Shown piece after piece: positions 48,018 to 56,078 of a DNA stretch of 64,000 nucleotides; the first letter of the stretch is position 1; each line of letters opens with the position of its first letter. This DNA is from Nitrospina sp. (lineage in GTDB: Bacteria; Nitrospinota; Nitrospinia; Nitrospinales; VA-1), in assembly GCA_018653085.1 (NCBI GenBank), contig JABIAY010000042.1, positions 11,401-75,400 on the forward strand. Reading direction: 5' to 3'. The notes under the pieces are model-generated. The model was not told where the DNA came from. It saw only the letters and a list, made by a program, of their open reading frames with translations, and searched no databases. The position numbers and the translations under genes were made by a program.

Positions 48018-48305
48018 ATGAAACGCCCTGCAATTTATATAATGACGAACAAGCGTAATGGAACCCTTTATACAGGCGTGACCAGCAATCTGGTGAAACG
48101 CGTTTATGAGCACAAAGAGGGCGTTGTTCCGGGTTTTACAAAGAATTATGATTGTAAACAGCTAGTCTATTACGAAACTCATGAGAGCATGGACAATGCT
48201 ATAACCCGCGAAAAACAGATTAAGTCTGGTTCCAGGGATAAGAAGCTTGCGTTGATCGAAAGCATGAATCCGGAGTGGAACGATCTCTATGAGGAAATCA
48301 TCTGA
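48018..48305 (+). CDS. Small GIY-YIG nuclease family protein
   Basis: PAIYIMTNKRNGTLYTGVTSNLVKRVYEHK...REKQIK contains the GIY / YxG / R / E catalytic layout. ATG 48018 is preferred; the TTG 47979 extension is just a translation of repeat R1. Confidence 0.85.
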   Translation: MKRPAIYIMTNKRNGTLYTGVTSNLVKRVYEHKEGVVPGFTKNYDCKQLVYYETHESMDNAITREKQIKSGSRDKKLALIESMNPEWNDLYEEII

Positions 48306-48306
48306 T

Positions 48307-48393
48307 CGTCATTGCGAGGAGCCAACGGCGACGCGGCAATCCAGACAGAAAAAACCTGGATCGCCGCGCTCCTTTCAGTCGCTCGCGATGACG
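48307..48393. repeat. CGTCATTGCGAGG-family repeat R2: 87-nt imperfect long hairpin
   Basis: Arms CGTCATTGCGAG / CTCGCGATGACG, plus internal pairs GCGGCAATCCAG / CTGGATCGCCGC. Apical loop ACAGAAAAAAC. Confidence 0.8.
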
Positions 48394-48444
48394 TGCGAGG
48401 GTGTCGGGTTTGCGCGGACTGCATGAACAACATTAGGTGAAAAG

Positions 48445-49296
48445 ATGGCTCAAGGGAATCCACTAGTAAACTTAGGCGAACTTTCAAAGCCCGCAACGGT
48501 TTTTATCGAGAAGGTGTCGGATGCTGTTGGTGGCATATGTAAGCCTTGGCAAATGAAACGGGTGGCAAAGGCAGAGGCTGAAGTAGAGAAAATTCGCGCA
48601 TTATCTGGAATAGAACTTTCCGGGATTGAGCAACGTGCCATGCATCGTCTCGTTGCAGAAGAAGCTATAAAGCAGGAAAATATAGAAAATATAACTGCCA
48701 AAGCAGTTAAAGAACTTAAAGCGGATGCAAAACCGGAAAACCTTGAGAGGGATTGGGTTGCCAATTTTTTTGATAAATGTAGACTCGTTTCAGACACAGA
48801 AATGCAAAGTTTATGGTCAAAACTTTTGGCGGGAGAAGCGAATGAACCGGGAGCTTTTTCAAAGCGCACCATCGAACTTGTTGCAAGCTTGGACAAGGAA
48901 GACGCCTATCTTTTTACTACTCTAATGGGTTTTGCTTGCTATATAAATGATGACCCTGTCCCTGTTCCTTTTGTTTATGATTTTAGAAAAGAAATATATA
49001 ACGAAAGGGGAATCAACTTTGGAATTCTGAATCACCTTGATAGCATTGGTTTAGTAAACTTTCAAGATTCGAATGATTTGACGGTTCAAATGGATTCTCG
49101 AACTTTTAAAACGCATTACTTTGGAAAAGAAACATTGGTTGACTTGCAGAGAAAAGAGCTCAAAATTGGAAGTATTGTGCTTACTAAGATTGGTTTTGAA
49201 TTAGCGCCTATATGTGGTGCATCGAGTGTTCCAGATTTCCTGGAATATGTATTAAAGGAATGGCAAAAATTGGGCTACAAAGTTTCGCGTCAATAG
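48445..49296 (+). CDS. DUF2806-like protein (function unknown)
   Basis: N-terminal helical region KVSDAVGGICKPWQMKRVAKAEAEVEKI...DWVANFFDKCRLVSDTEMQSLWSKLLAGEANEPGAFSKRTIE. This is my recollection of the DUF2806 family pattern. The gene is visibly AT-richer than its neighbours. Confidence 0.6.
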   Translation: MAQGNPLVNLGELSKPATVFIEKVSDAVGGICKPWQMKRVAKAEAEVEKIRALSGIELSGIEQRAMHRLVAEEAIKQENIENITAKAVKELKADAKPENLERDWVANFFDKCRLVSDTEMQSLWSKLLAGEANEPGAFSKRTIELVASLDKEDAYLFTTLMGFACYINDDPVPVPFVYDFRKEIYNERGINFGILNHLDSIGLVNFQDSNDLTVQMDSRTFKTHYFGKETLVDLQRKELKIGSIVLTKIGFELAPICGASSVPDFLEYVLKEWQKLGYKVSRQ

Positions 49297-49313
49297 CTCA
49301 GATGACATCTGCT

Positions 49314-49437
49314 CGTCATTGCGAGGAGCCAACGGTGACGAAGCAATCCAGATATTGAAGTTCTGGGTCTACCCGTACCGGGCACGAAGGCTGAGGAAAA
49401 ATACCACGGCCACGCCGCTTCGTGGCTCGCGATGATG
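49314..49437. repeat. CGTCATTGCGAGG-family repeat R3: 124-nt inverted-repeat element
   Basis: Arms CGTCATTGCGAG (49314-49325) / CTCGCGATGATG (49426-49437), plus GACGAAGC / GCTTCGTG. Confidence 0.8.
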
Positions 49438-49489
49438 TAGTGGTCGCCTCTTAAGCTTAGTGGGCGGGAGGGTGCCACGAAAGGAAATA

Positions 49490-50257
49490 ATGGTCATATT
49501 GCGACATTATATTTTCCAAAAACGGTGGTTCACCGTTCTACTTTTTCTTGCCATTTCTCTCCCGGCAGAAGCGCAAGCTTCGAACATCCCCAACATGATA
49601 AAAATCGAAGCGGATTGCTTCACCATGGGAAGTGAGGAGTTCATTGTCGAGGAACCGGAACACAAGGTCTGCCTCAACTCTTATTTTCTGATGGTTCACG
49701 AAGTCACGCAGAAACAATTTGAACGCGTCATGGGGAACAATCCCTCCCGTTTCAAGGGACCGGACTTGCCGGTAGAAAATGTTTCGTGGCCCGAAGCGGA
49801 TGCTTATTGCCGGAGCTTCGGAGGTCGGCTTCCTACCGAAGCGGAATGGGAATACGCCGCACGGGCGGGTTCACTCGCCGCTTTTGCCTGGGGCTGGGAT
49901 ATGGATGATGCTTTGGCCTGGTATCGTGGCAATTCGCAAAATGCTACCCATCCTGTTGGACAAAAAAAGGCCAACTCATTAGGCTTTCACGATATGAACG
50001 GCAATGTGTGGGAATGGGTAGGCGACTGGTACCGCGAAGATTATTATGAGCTGGTCGCGATATCGGAACCGGCAGATAACCCATTGGGTCCGACTACCGG
50101 ACAGTTTGTCATCCTTCGTGGCGGTTCCTTTGAAGACGAAGCCTTTTTTCTCAGGTCTGCTTCCCGCTACTGGTACCCGCCCACCCTGAAACACCACAAT
50201 CTGGGATTCCGTTGCGCCGCCAACCCGCAGGATATAAAGGGAGGTAAACCGCAATGA
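49490..50257 (+). CDS. Formylglycine-generating-enzyme (FGE/SUMF1) family protein, secreted
   Basis: FTMGS...HKVCLNSYFLMVHEVTQKQF...NPS...VENVSWPEADAYC...RLPTEAEWEYAAR...GNVWEWVGDWY...RGGSF...GFRCA. Signal peptide from ATG 49490. Confidence 0.85.
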   Translation: MVILRHYIFQKRWFTVLLFLAISLPAEAQASNIPNMIKIEADCFTMGSEEFIVEEPEHKVCLNSYFLMVHEVTQKQFERVMGNNPSRFKGPDLPVENVSWPEADAYCRSFGGRLPTEAEWEYAARAGSLAAFAWGWDMDDALAWYRGNSQNATHPVGQKKANSLGFHDMNGNVWEWVGDWYREDYYELVAISEPADNPLGPTTGQFVILRGGSFEDEAFFLRSASRYWYPPTLKHHNLGFRCAANPQDIKGGKPQ

Positions 50258-50586
50258 CCAGGGCTTTGTTCGTGACTGCCATTCTTTTACTTTTAGGTTC
50301 GCAGGCAAGCTGGGCGGAAACGGTGGAAGTAAAAATCATCAAGTCGACCTTCATTCCCGCAGTACTGAAAGTCAAGAAAGGCGATACCATCCGGTGGGTT
50401 AATACGGAAGAACTTCTGCACACGGTAACGAGCGGAAAAGCCCCTAATCCCGATAAGAAGTTTCACGCGGCCTATGTGAAAAAAGAATTCGAAGTGACCC
50501 TCGACAAAGAAGGTTTCTACGATTATTTCTGCGAACTGCACCCGGCTATCATGCGGGGAGTGGTTGTTGTTCAGCCGACCCACTAG
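50254..50586 (+). CDS. Small type-1 (blue) copper protein, plastocyanin/amicyanin-like, secreted
   Basis: Signal peptide ...GSQASWA. Ligand pattern H (LLHTVT) ... C-x2-H-x3-M (FCELHPAIM). ATGA overlap with the FGE gene, and AAGGGAGG as RBS. Confidence 0.8.
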   Translation: MTRALFVTAILLLLGSQASWAETVEVKIIKSTFIPAVLKVKKGDTIRWVNTEELLHTVTSGKAPNPDKKFHAAYVKKEFEVTLDKEGFYDYFCELHPAIMRGVVVVQPTH

Positions 50587-50599
50587 CCCATATACTGCA

Positions 50600-50699
50600 T
50601 GGGATTTGGTTTCCCGGTTTGGAGTAGGAGGCTCGTTGGGCCGAGATGACTTTTTGGTAGCCAAATAAAGCGATGGCACATTGGCCCCACGCCTAGTGG
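50600..50699 (-). repeat. CCACTAGG-family repeat, reverse copy E
   Basis: ...GGCTCGTTGGGCCGAGATGACTTTTTGGTAGCCAAATAAAGCGATGGCACATTGGCCCCACGCCTAGTGG is the reverse complement of the family head plus core. Confidence 0.8.
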
Positions 50700-50703
50700 T
50701 GGG

Positions 50704-50937
50704 CTATTTGCAACGGAATTTTTTGTATTCGCCCCAGCCGACGATGGCGAAACCTAGGAACAGAATCCAGGTGGGATGCAGGACATGTTCCGGTTTGTTG
50801 AAGTAGAGGACAAGCATCAGTGCCACGCCTGACATACAGACGACCAACCCCATGAAGACTGCGGTCAATCCTTTTTCAAACCCATCCGGGTCTTTAAGTT
50901 GTTTTCTTATTTCCGGTCGTAGCTGATATTTAAACAT
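50704..50937 (-). CDS. Hypothetical two-TM small membrane protein
   Basis: 77 aa with two hydrophobic helices. 8-nt overlap with the upstream larE-like gene suggests co-translation. Confidence 0.5.
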   Translation of the reverse strand: MFKYQLRPEIRKQLKDPDGFEKGLTAVFMGLVVCMSGVALMLVLYFNKPEHVLHPTWILFLGFAIVGWGEYKKFRCK

Positions 50938-51751
50938 GGTCTTCCAGTAAGGCGGAGTTTAAGTTGCCCATTCGATATCCTTCCGGGTCCAGCATCACAT
51001 TGTTAAATCCTAAAGTCCTGAATTTTTCCTGTACCGACTTTTGTATGGACTGATCATTCTGGTAACGGGGCATTTCGTTTTTGTCGAGTTCAATACGAGC
51101 CAGGGTTCCCATATGGCGGACACGGACTTGAGTGAATCCTAAAGAGAGCAGAAGGTCTTCGGCCTGTTCGATCATGGCAAGTTTTTCTGGTGTGACCGGC
51201 TGGTTGTAGGGAATACGGGAAGACAGGCAGGCCATTGCCGGCTTGTTCCAGATGGAAAGATTCATCCGTCGAGACAATTCCCGGACGTCCTGTTTGCTGA
51301 ATCCCGCTTCCACCAATGGGCTGCGCACGCCTTGTTCGCGGGCGGAGTCGAGTCCGGGCCGGTAATCACCCAGGTCATCGGTGTTGGTGCCATTTAAAAT
51401 ATGGGAACTGTTTTCCTGCTCAGCGACCTTTTTGAGGCTCGAATAAAGTTCTGTTTTGCAGTGGTAACATCGGTTGGATGGATTGGCCCGGTATTCAGGA
51501 TTAGACATTTCCTCCGTTTCGATGACCAAATGTTTTACTCCGATTTCTTTAGCCAATTGACGGGAGGCTTCCATTTCCCTGGCTGGCACGCTGGCAGATT
51601 GCGCGGTAACCGCCAGTGCTTTTTCCCCCAATACTTCATGGGCGAGAGCGAGCACAAGAGTGCTATCGACCCCGCCGGAAAACGCCACCAGCACGCTATT
51701 CATTTCCCGGATCAGGGATTTTATTTTTTCAGTTTTCTGGTTGAGTGTCAT
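50930..51751 (-). CDS. larE: PP-loop ATP pyrophosphatase of the LarE (TIGR00268) sulfur-transferase family
   Basis: SGGVDS PP-loop (VAFSGGVDSTLV), CYHCK motif, about 270 aa. Confidence 0.8.
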   Translation of the reverse strand: MTLNQKTEKIKSLIREMNSVLVAFSGGVDSTLVLALAHEVLGEKALAVTAQSASVPAREMEASRQLAKEIGVKHLVIETEEMSNPEYRANPSNRCYHCKTELYSSLKKVAEQENSSHILNGTNTDDLGDYRPGLDSAREQGVRSPLVEAGFSKQDVRELSRRMNLSIWNKPAMACLSSRIPYNQPVTPEKLAMIEQAEDLLLSLGFTQVRVRHMGTLARIELDKNEMPRYQNDQSIQKSVQEKFRTLGFNNVMLDPEGYRMGNLNSALLEDHV

Positions 51752-51790
51752 GAGGGATTTTTAGAATTGATTCAGGCTAAGGGTAGCATA

Positions 51791-51968
51791 CCACTAGGCG
51801 TGGGGCCAGTGTGCCATCGCTTTATTTGGCGAGCAAAGAGTTTTCTCGGCGCAATCAAGCTCTTGCCCAGTCGCCCCTGCGGCCAGCAGCCACTGGGCGT
51901 GGGGCCAGCGTGCCATCGCTTTCAATGGCTAGCAAAGAGTTATCTCGGCTCAACGAGTCATTGCTGTC
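51791..51968 (+). repeat. Two head-to-tail CCACTAGG-family units (tandem dimer)
   Basis: Unit 1 is 51791-51889 (CCACTAGGCGTGGGGCCAGTGTGCCATCGCTTTATTTGGCGAGCAAAGAG...). Unit 2 is 51890-51968 (CCACTGGGCGTGGGGCCAGCGTGCCATCGCTTTCAATGGCTAGCAAAGAG...). Confidence 0.85.
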
Positions 51969-51989
51969 TGTCTCTGGCGGATCGCCGGC

Positions 51990-52027
51990 AAAAAAAATCC
52001 GGGAACAGAGAGCACTCTGTTCCCGGA
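51990..52027 (-). terminator. Strong rho-independent terminator on the minus strand (downstream of aspS)
   Basis: Minus strand: TCCGGGAACAGAG-TGCT-CTCTGTTCCCGGA (13-bp perfect stem) followed by TTTTTTTT. Confidence 0.85.
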
Positions 52028-52318
52028 CTCCGAGGAGGAGGTGTTTTCCGAGCAAAGGTAAAGGGCGCTACTCCCTTTACCTCCCTACTACTATTAGTGT
52101 AACGGAAGCTTCCGGGAGGACCTTATGTTTTTAAACAAAAGTTTTGCCTTTATTTAAGTTTCAAATCTGAACTGGAGCACCCAGGGAGATGAATTTATAA
52201 AGGCTAATGAATACAAGGAGATTGGGCCCCAGTGAGCAGGTAAATTTCTCCCTGCTATGGCAATTCATGCAGGGTTCGATTCACCTGCAGATGGGGTGAG
52301 AGGTTTTACCGAATGGGG

Positions 52319-54088
52319 TCAGGATAAATCGGCTTTAAGCTTCAGCTCCCGCAGTTGTTTCGGGTCCACTTCCGATGGGGCCTGAGTCATCAGGCAGGTG
52401 GCTTTCTGGGTTTTGGGGAAGGCGATCACATCCCGGATTGATCCGGCGCCTGAAAGCAACATGGTGACTCGGTCCAGTCCCATAGCTATCCCGCAATGCG
52501 GCGGGGCTCCATACTTCAGGGCGTCAAGCAGGAAACCGAATTTGGTCTCGGCCTCTTCCTGACCAATGCCGAGCAGTTTAAACATTTTCTCCTGGATTTC
52601 TTTTTGATGGATACGAATGCTACCGCCGCCGATCTCGTTGCCGTTGAGCACCAGATCGTAAGCCCGTGCTTTAATGGAGCCGGGGTCGCTCTCGAATTTC
52701 CCAAGGTCTTCTTCACGCGGTGCGGTGAACGGGTGGTGCATGGCGGTATACCTTTTTTCCGCTTCGTCATATTCCACCAGCGGGAACTCTGTGACCCAGA
52801 TGAAGGCATTTTTCGATTCATCGATCAGGTTCAACTGTTTACCCAAAGCCAAACGCAGATGGGCAAGAGCATCGGCCACAATCTTGGGGGTGTCGGCAAT
52901 AAAAACTACTGTATCGCCGGGTTGGCTCCCCAAAGCTTTTAGCATTTGGTCGAGCATTTCCTGCTCAAAGAACTTGATGATAGGCGACTGCAATTCATTT
53001 TCCTGAACCTTGATCCAGGCCATCCCTTTGGCGCCGTATGTTTTGGCAATTTCGGTTAAATCGTCCAGCATTTTTCGGGACAATACATCGGCACTGTTTT
53101 TGACATTGAGGGCGCGAACCTGTCCACCCGATTTCAGCACCTGGGCGAACACTTTAAACGAGGTGCCCTGGACAATTTCTCCCAGGTCAACGATTTCCAT
53201 GCCGAACCGCATATCCGGTTTATCGGTTCCGAACCGATCGATGGCATCCTGATATTTCAGCACTGGGAAGGGCGCATCGATTTTAACATCGAGGACTTCC
53301 TTATAAATTTCGGCCATCATTTCTTCGATGATCTGGAATATGAGCTTTTCATTGCCGAAAGACATTTCAATATCGATCTGAGTGAATTCCGGTTGTCGGT
53401 CAAAACGTAAATCTTCATCGCGAAAGCATTTAACGATCTGGAAATACCGGTCCATGCCCGAGACCATGAGAATCTGTTTGAACAACTGTGGTGACTGGGG
53501 CAGGGCATAAAAACTTTGCGGGTTGAGTCGACTGGGCACCAGGTAATCCCGTGCTCCTTCCGGAGTGCTCTTGGTCAATACCGGGGTTTCTACTTCCATG
53601 AATCCGTTTCGATGCAGTTCATTTCTTGCTACCCGTGTGATGTCATAGCGCATTTTCAGGTTGCGTTGTAAAACCGGTCCACGAAGATCAAGAAACCGGT
53701 ACTTCAAGCGCAGGGCTTCTGAAGTGTCCTGCGGTTCCCAGGGCGAGATGGGTGGAGTTTCCGATGGATTGAGAATATCCAATTCATCGACATAAACTTC
53801 TATTTTTCCGGTTTTCAGTTTCGGGTTCACCATGTCATCCGGCCTGGCGCGGACCTCGCCCAGGACAGCGATGACGAAATTGCCGCGAATGGATTGAGCG
53901 TGCTCGTGTGCCAGTTGGTCGATCTGAGGATTCAGCACCACCTGGGTCATGCCATATTTATCCCACAAGTCCACGAAGATGAGTCACCCATGATCGCGCC
54001 GGGTATGCACCCATCCGCACAGGGTTACCGTTTCGCCAATATGGCTGTCCGACAATGTTCCGCAATCATGTGTTCGTTCGTTGTTCAT
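52319..54088 (-). CDS. aspS: Aspartate--tRNA ligase, full-length frame interrupted by one in-frame TGA (53986-53984)
   Basis: Class II aaRS motifs. The track ORF (GTG 53974) lacks the N-terminal OB-fold strands. Hand translation upstream gives [45 protein letters not shown], continuous with the ORF. Total 590 codons, the normal AspRS length. Confidence 0.9.
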
Positions 54089-54199
54089 TGAGGTTTGATC
54101 AGTCTTTTATGGGGTGGTTGTGGGCTGTAGCCAAAGCTCAGTAAGGTACTGAAAACAGGGCAGACTTGCAAGCGTTAATCTGGCAGGAAGGAGAGAGGT

Positions 54200-55471
54200 T
54201 CACAGTTCCGCGTTCTGTGAGGTTTCCTCAGTATCCGTTTCTTCCTGCATCGCTTCTTCCTCGGCCCGTTGTTCCGCTTCGATGCGGGCCAACTCCTGTT
54301 CCTTGCGTTTTTTATGCAGTTGAGATTCGACCACCATCTGTGGCTTGATCTTTATTGCCAGGGGAATGTTGACCGTACTGCATGAGCGCATGCAGACTCC
54401 GCATCCGGTACAAATATTTTTGTCGATGATCGGTTTGTCGTTCACCTGATGAATCGCTCCTGGAACCGGGCAGTCGATCACACATTGCTGGCAGAATGTT
54501 TCGCCGTAGGCCTGACATTTTTTCTTATCTAAAATGGCGTAACCCATATTCACATCGGTGAGCTGTTGTACCGGAAGCAAGGCTCCATCGGGACAGGCCG
54601 AGATGCAGGGCAGTTCGGTGCACATCACACAAGGGTTGCGCATGGGGTCAATATAGGGCGTGTTGAAAACGAGGAACCCCATTTTCTTAGGCGCACGCAG
54701 GATGGCATCTTTTGGGCAGGCGTGGATGCATTCATCGCAATGGGAACAAGCCTGCAAAAACTGCCTCTCAGAAATCGCGCCTGGCGGCCTCAGCAGGGGA
54801 ACCCGTTTGGTGATTTTGTCCATCACCTTGTTGATGCCATCAATTTTACCCTGGACCTTGTTGACGGCGGGTTTGGCGAAAAAGTGGACGCCCTGGCGCA
54901 ATAAATTGCGGCGGTCGTATTCCGGGTCCTCGGCTTCCTCAAGCTCAAAAATATTGTGGCCGACTTCTGCCGGTGTCTCGATGGGTTCAGGTTCTTCGAC
55001 AGGTTCTTCCATCGATTGAGAGTCGGGCTGGGAGTCCGGTTCTTCTTCGGGATCTGATTTGAACTTCGATATCAGTCGCTTAAAAAATCCCTTTTTCGGG
55101 GCAGGTTCGGCTTCTTCAATTTCGTCCCCTTCGACAGGTTCCGATTCGGCAAGAACCTCGGGCTCCTCTTCATCCTCTGTCAGGTCCCGGGAATCTTTTT
55201 TAGCGGTTTCTTGCGCTTCGTTTTCTACGGCGGTGCCGAAGTCGAGGAAGTTGCCAAACGAAAACATATCCCGGCGGGACATTTCTTTGGGTTCTTCCTC
55301 GATGGGTTCCGGGGTGATGGTTTCCTTGTCGAGGCTCAGGGGATTGGGTTCCGTCTCGGCACTACTGTGGTTTCCACGCTGGTCTTCGCTGATATGCTCC
55401 TCAACGTTCCGACGGGTGGCCTTCTTTTTACCCTTAAAGGTTTCTTTTGCGAGATTATGTCTAAATTTCAT
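54200..55471 (-). CDS. NapF-like polyferredoxin (four [4Fe-4S] motifs) with an acidic low-complexity N-terminus of about 230 aa
   Basis: LLRPPGA...CSHCDECIHACP, CVMCTELPCISACP, CQAYGETFCQQCVIDCP, CTGCGVCMRSCS. Start set at ATG 55471, because upstream codons are translations of a repeat element. Alternative ATG at 55282. Confidence 0.75.
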   Translation of the reverse strand: MKFRHNLAKETFKGKKKATRRNVEEHISEDQRGNHSSAETEPNPLSLDKETITPEPIEEEPKEMSRRDMFSFGNFLDFGTAVENEAQETAKKDSRDLTEDEEEPEVLAESEPVEGDEIEEAEPAPKKGFFKRLISKFKSDPEEEPDSQPDSQSMEEPVEEPEPIETPAEVGHNIFELEEAEDPEYDRRNLLRQGVHFFAKPAVNKVQGKIDGINKVMDKITKRVPLLRPPGAISERQFLQACSHCDECIHACPKDAILRAPKKMGFLVFNTPYIDPMRNPCVMCTELPCISACPDGALLPVQQLTDVNMGYAILDKKKCQAYGETFCQQCVIDCPVPGAIHQVNDKPIIDKNICTGCGVCMRSCSTVNIPLAIKIKPQMVVESQLHKKRKEQELARIEAEQRAEEEAMQEETDTEETSQNAEL

Positions 55472-55482
55472 GATCGATCCCG

Positions 55483-55583
55483 GCCCACTCCCGTGGGAGG
55501 GAACTGGGCAAGGGCTTGATTGCGCCGAGAAAACTCTTTGTTCGCCCAATAAAGCGACGGCACACTGGCCCCACGCCCAGTGG
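55483..55583 (-). repeat. CCACTAGG-family repeat, reverse copy G
   Basis: The reverse complement reads CCACTGGGCGTGGGGCCAGTGTGCCGTCGCTTTATTGGGCGAACAAAGAGTTTTCTCGGCGCAATCAAGCCCTTGCCCAGTTCCCTCCCACGGGAGTGGG. This is nearly identical to the first unit of 38142-38376. Confidence 0.88.
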
Positions 55584-56078
55584 TTAGAGCCAGTTATTTT
55601 CTTTGGCGATATTATTAAAATCGTGCCAGTTTTGTGCGTCCGCGTTTTCCAGCATGTATTCGTCCATGGCCAGTACCAGCGGGTGGCCCTTGTTGACAAA
55701 GGACTGCACCGTAGGGAACCGCAGGATGAAAGTTGTGACTGCGGCTTTACCCAATGTCATGATATTCGCGTCTTTTAAGACAGTCTCGAGGACTTCTCCG
55801 GCATTTTCCGGAGTGATCGACTCGAACAACTGTGCTGTTTTTTCTTCCAGTTCAGGGTGATCATCACAAGCGATGGCGGCGCGCATCTGTAGTTCGAGAA
55901 TCTTCTGGTAATCGGCCTCGTCATACTCACCTTCCATCCGGCCTTCTTCCCAGGCTGATCCTTCCAGGTTGCGTTCTCCTGCACTATCTTTACGTTCAGA
56001 CGTTTCCGAAAATGCCAGATTTGCTTCATCCAGCAGAATCTTGGCTTTAACTTCCGCGCTGGTTTCCGGGGTAGACAT
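55584..56078 (-). CDS. Hypothetical acidic protein (about 164 aa)
   Basis: Open frame upstream of the ferredoxin gene on the same strand. I recognise no domain. Start is ATG 56078 or GTG 56123. Confidence 0.5.
   Translation of the reverse strand: MSTPETSAEVKAKILLDEANLAFSETSERKDSAGERNLEGSAWEEGRMEGEYDEADYQKILELQMRAAIACDDHPELEEKTAQLFESITPENAGEVLETVLKDANIMTLGKAAVTTFILRFPTVQSFVNKGHPLVLAMDEYMLENADAQNWHDFNNIAKENNWL

Noticed and set aside
52269-52288. GGTTCGATTC, a tRNA T-loop-like string, suggesting a tRNA or tmRNA gene
   Set aside because: The flanks do not form a 5-bp T-stem around a 7-nt loop; the hairpin has a 10-nt loop. I could not build an acceptor, D or anticodon arm on either strand.
53900-53986. 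Selenocysteine insertion at the aspS TGA
   Set aside because: I could not find a stem-loop with the expected spacing downstream of the UGA. The position is normally a Gly/Ser in a structural beta-strand, not a catalytic residue. This is kept as a low-probability alternative in the finding.
55240-55282. SRRDMFSF in the ferredoxin N-terminus as a twin-arginine (Tat) signal
   Set aside because: No hydrophobic h-region follows the RR motif; the sequence continues GNFLDFGTAVENEAQETAKKD. NapF-type proteins are cytoplasmic.
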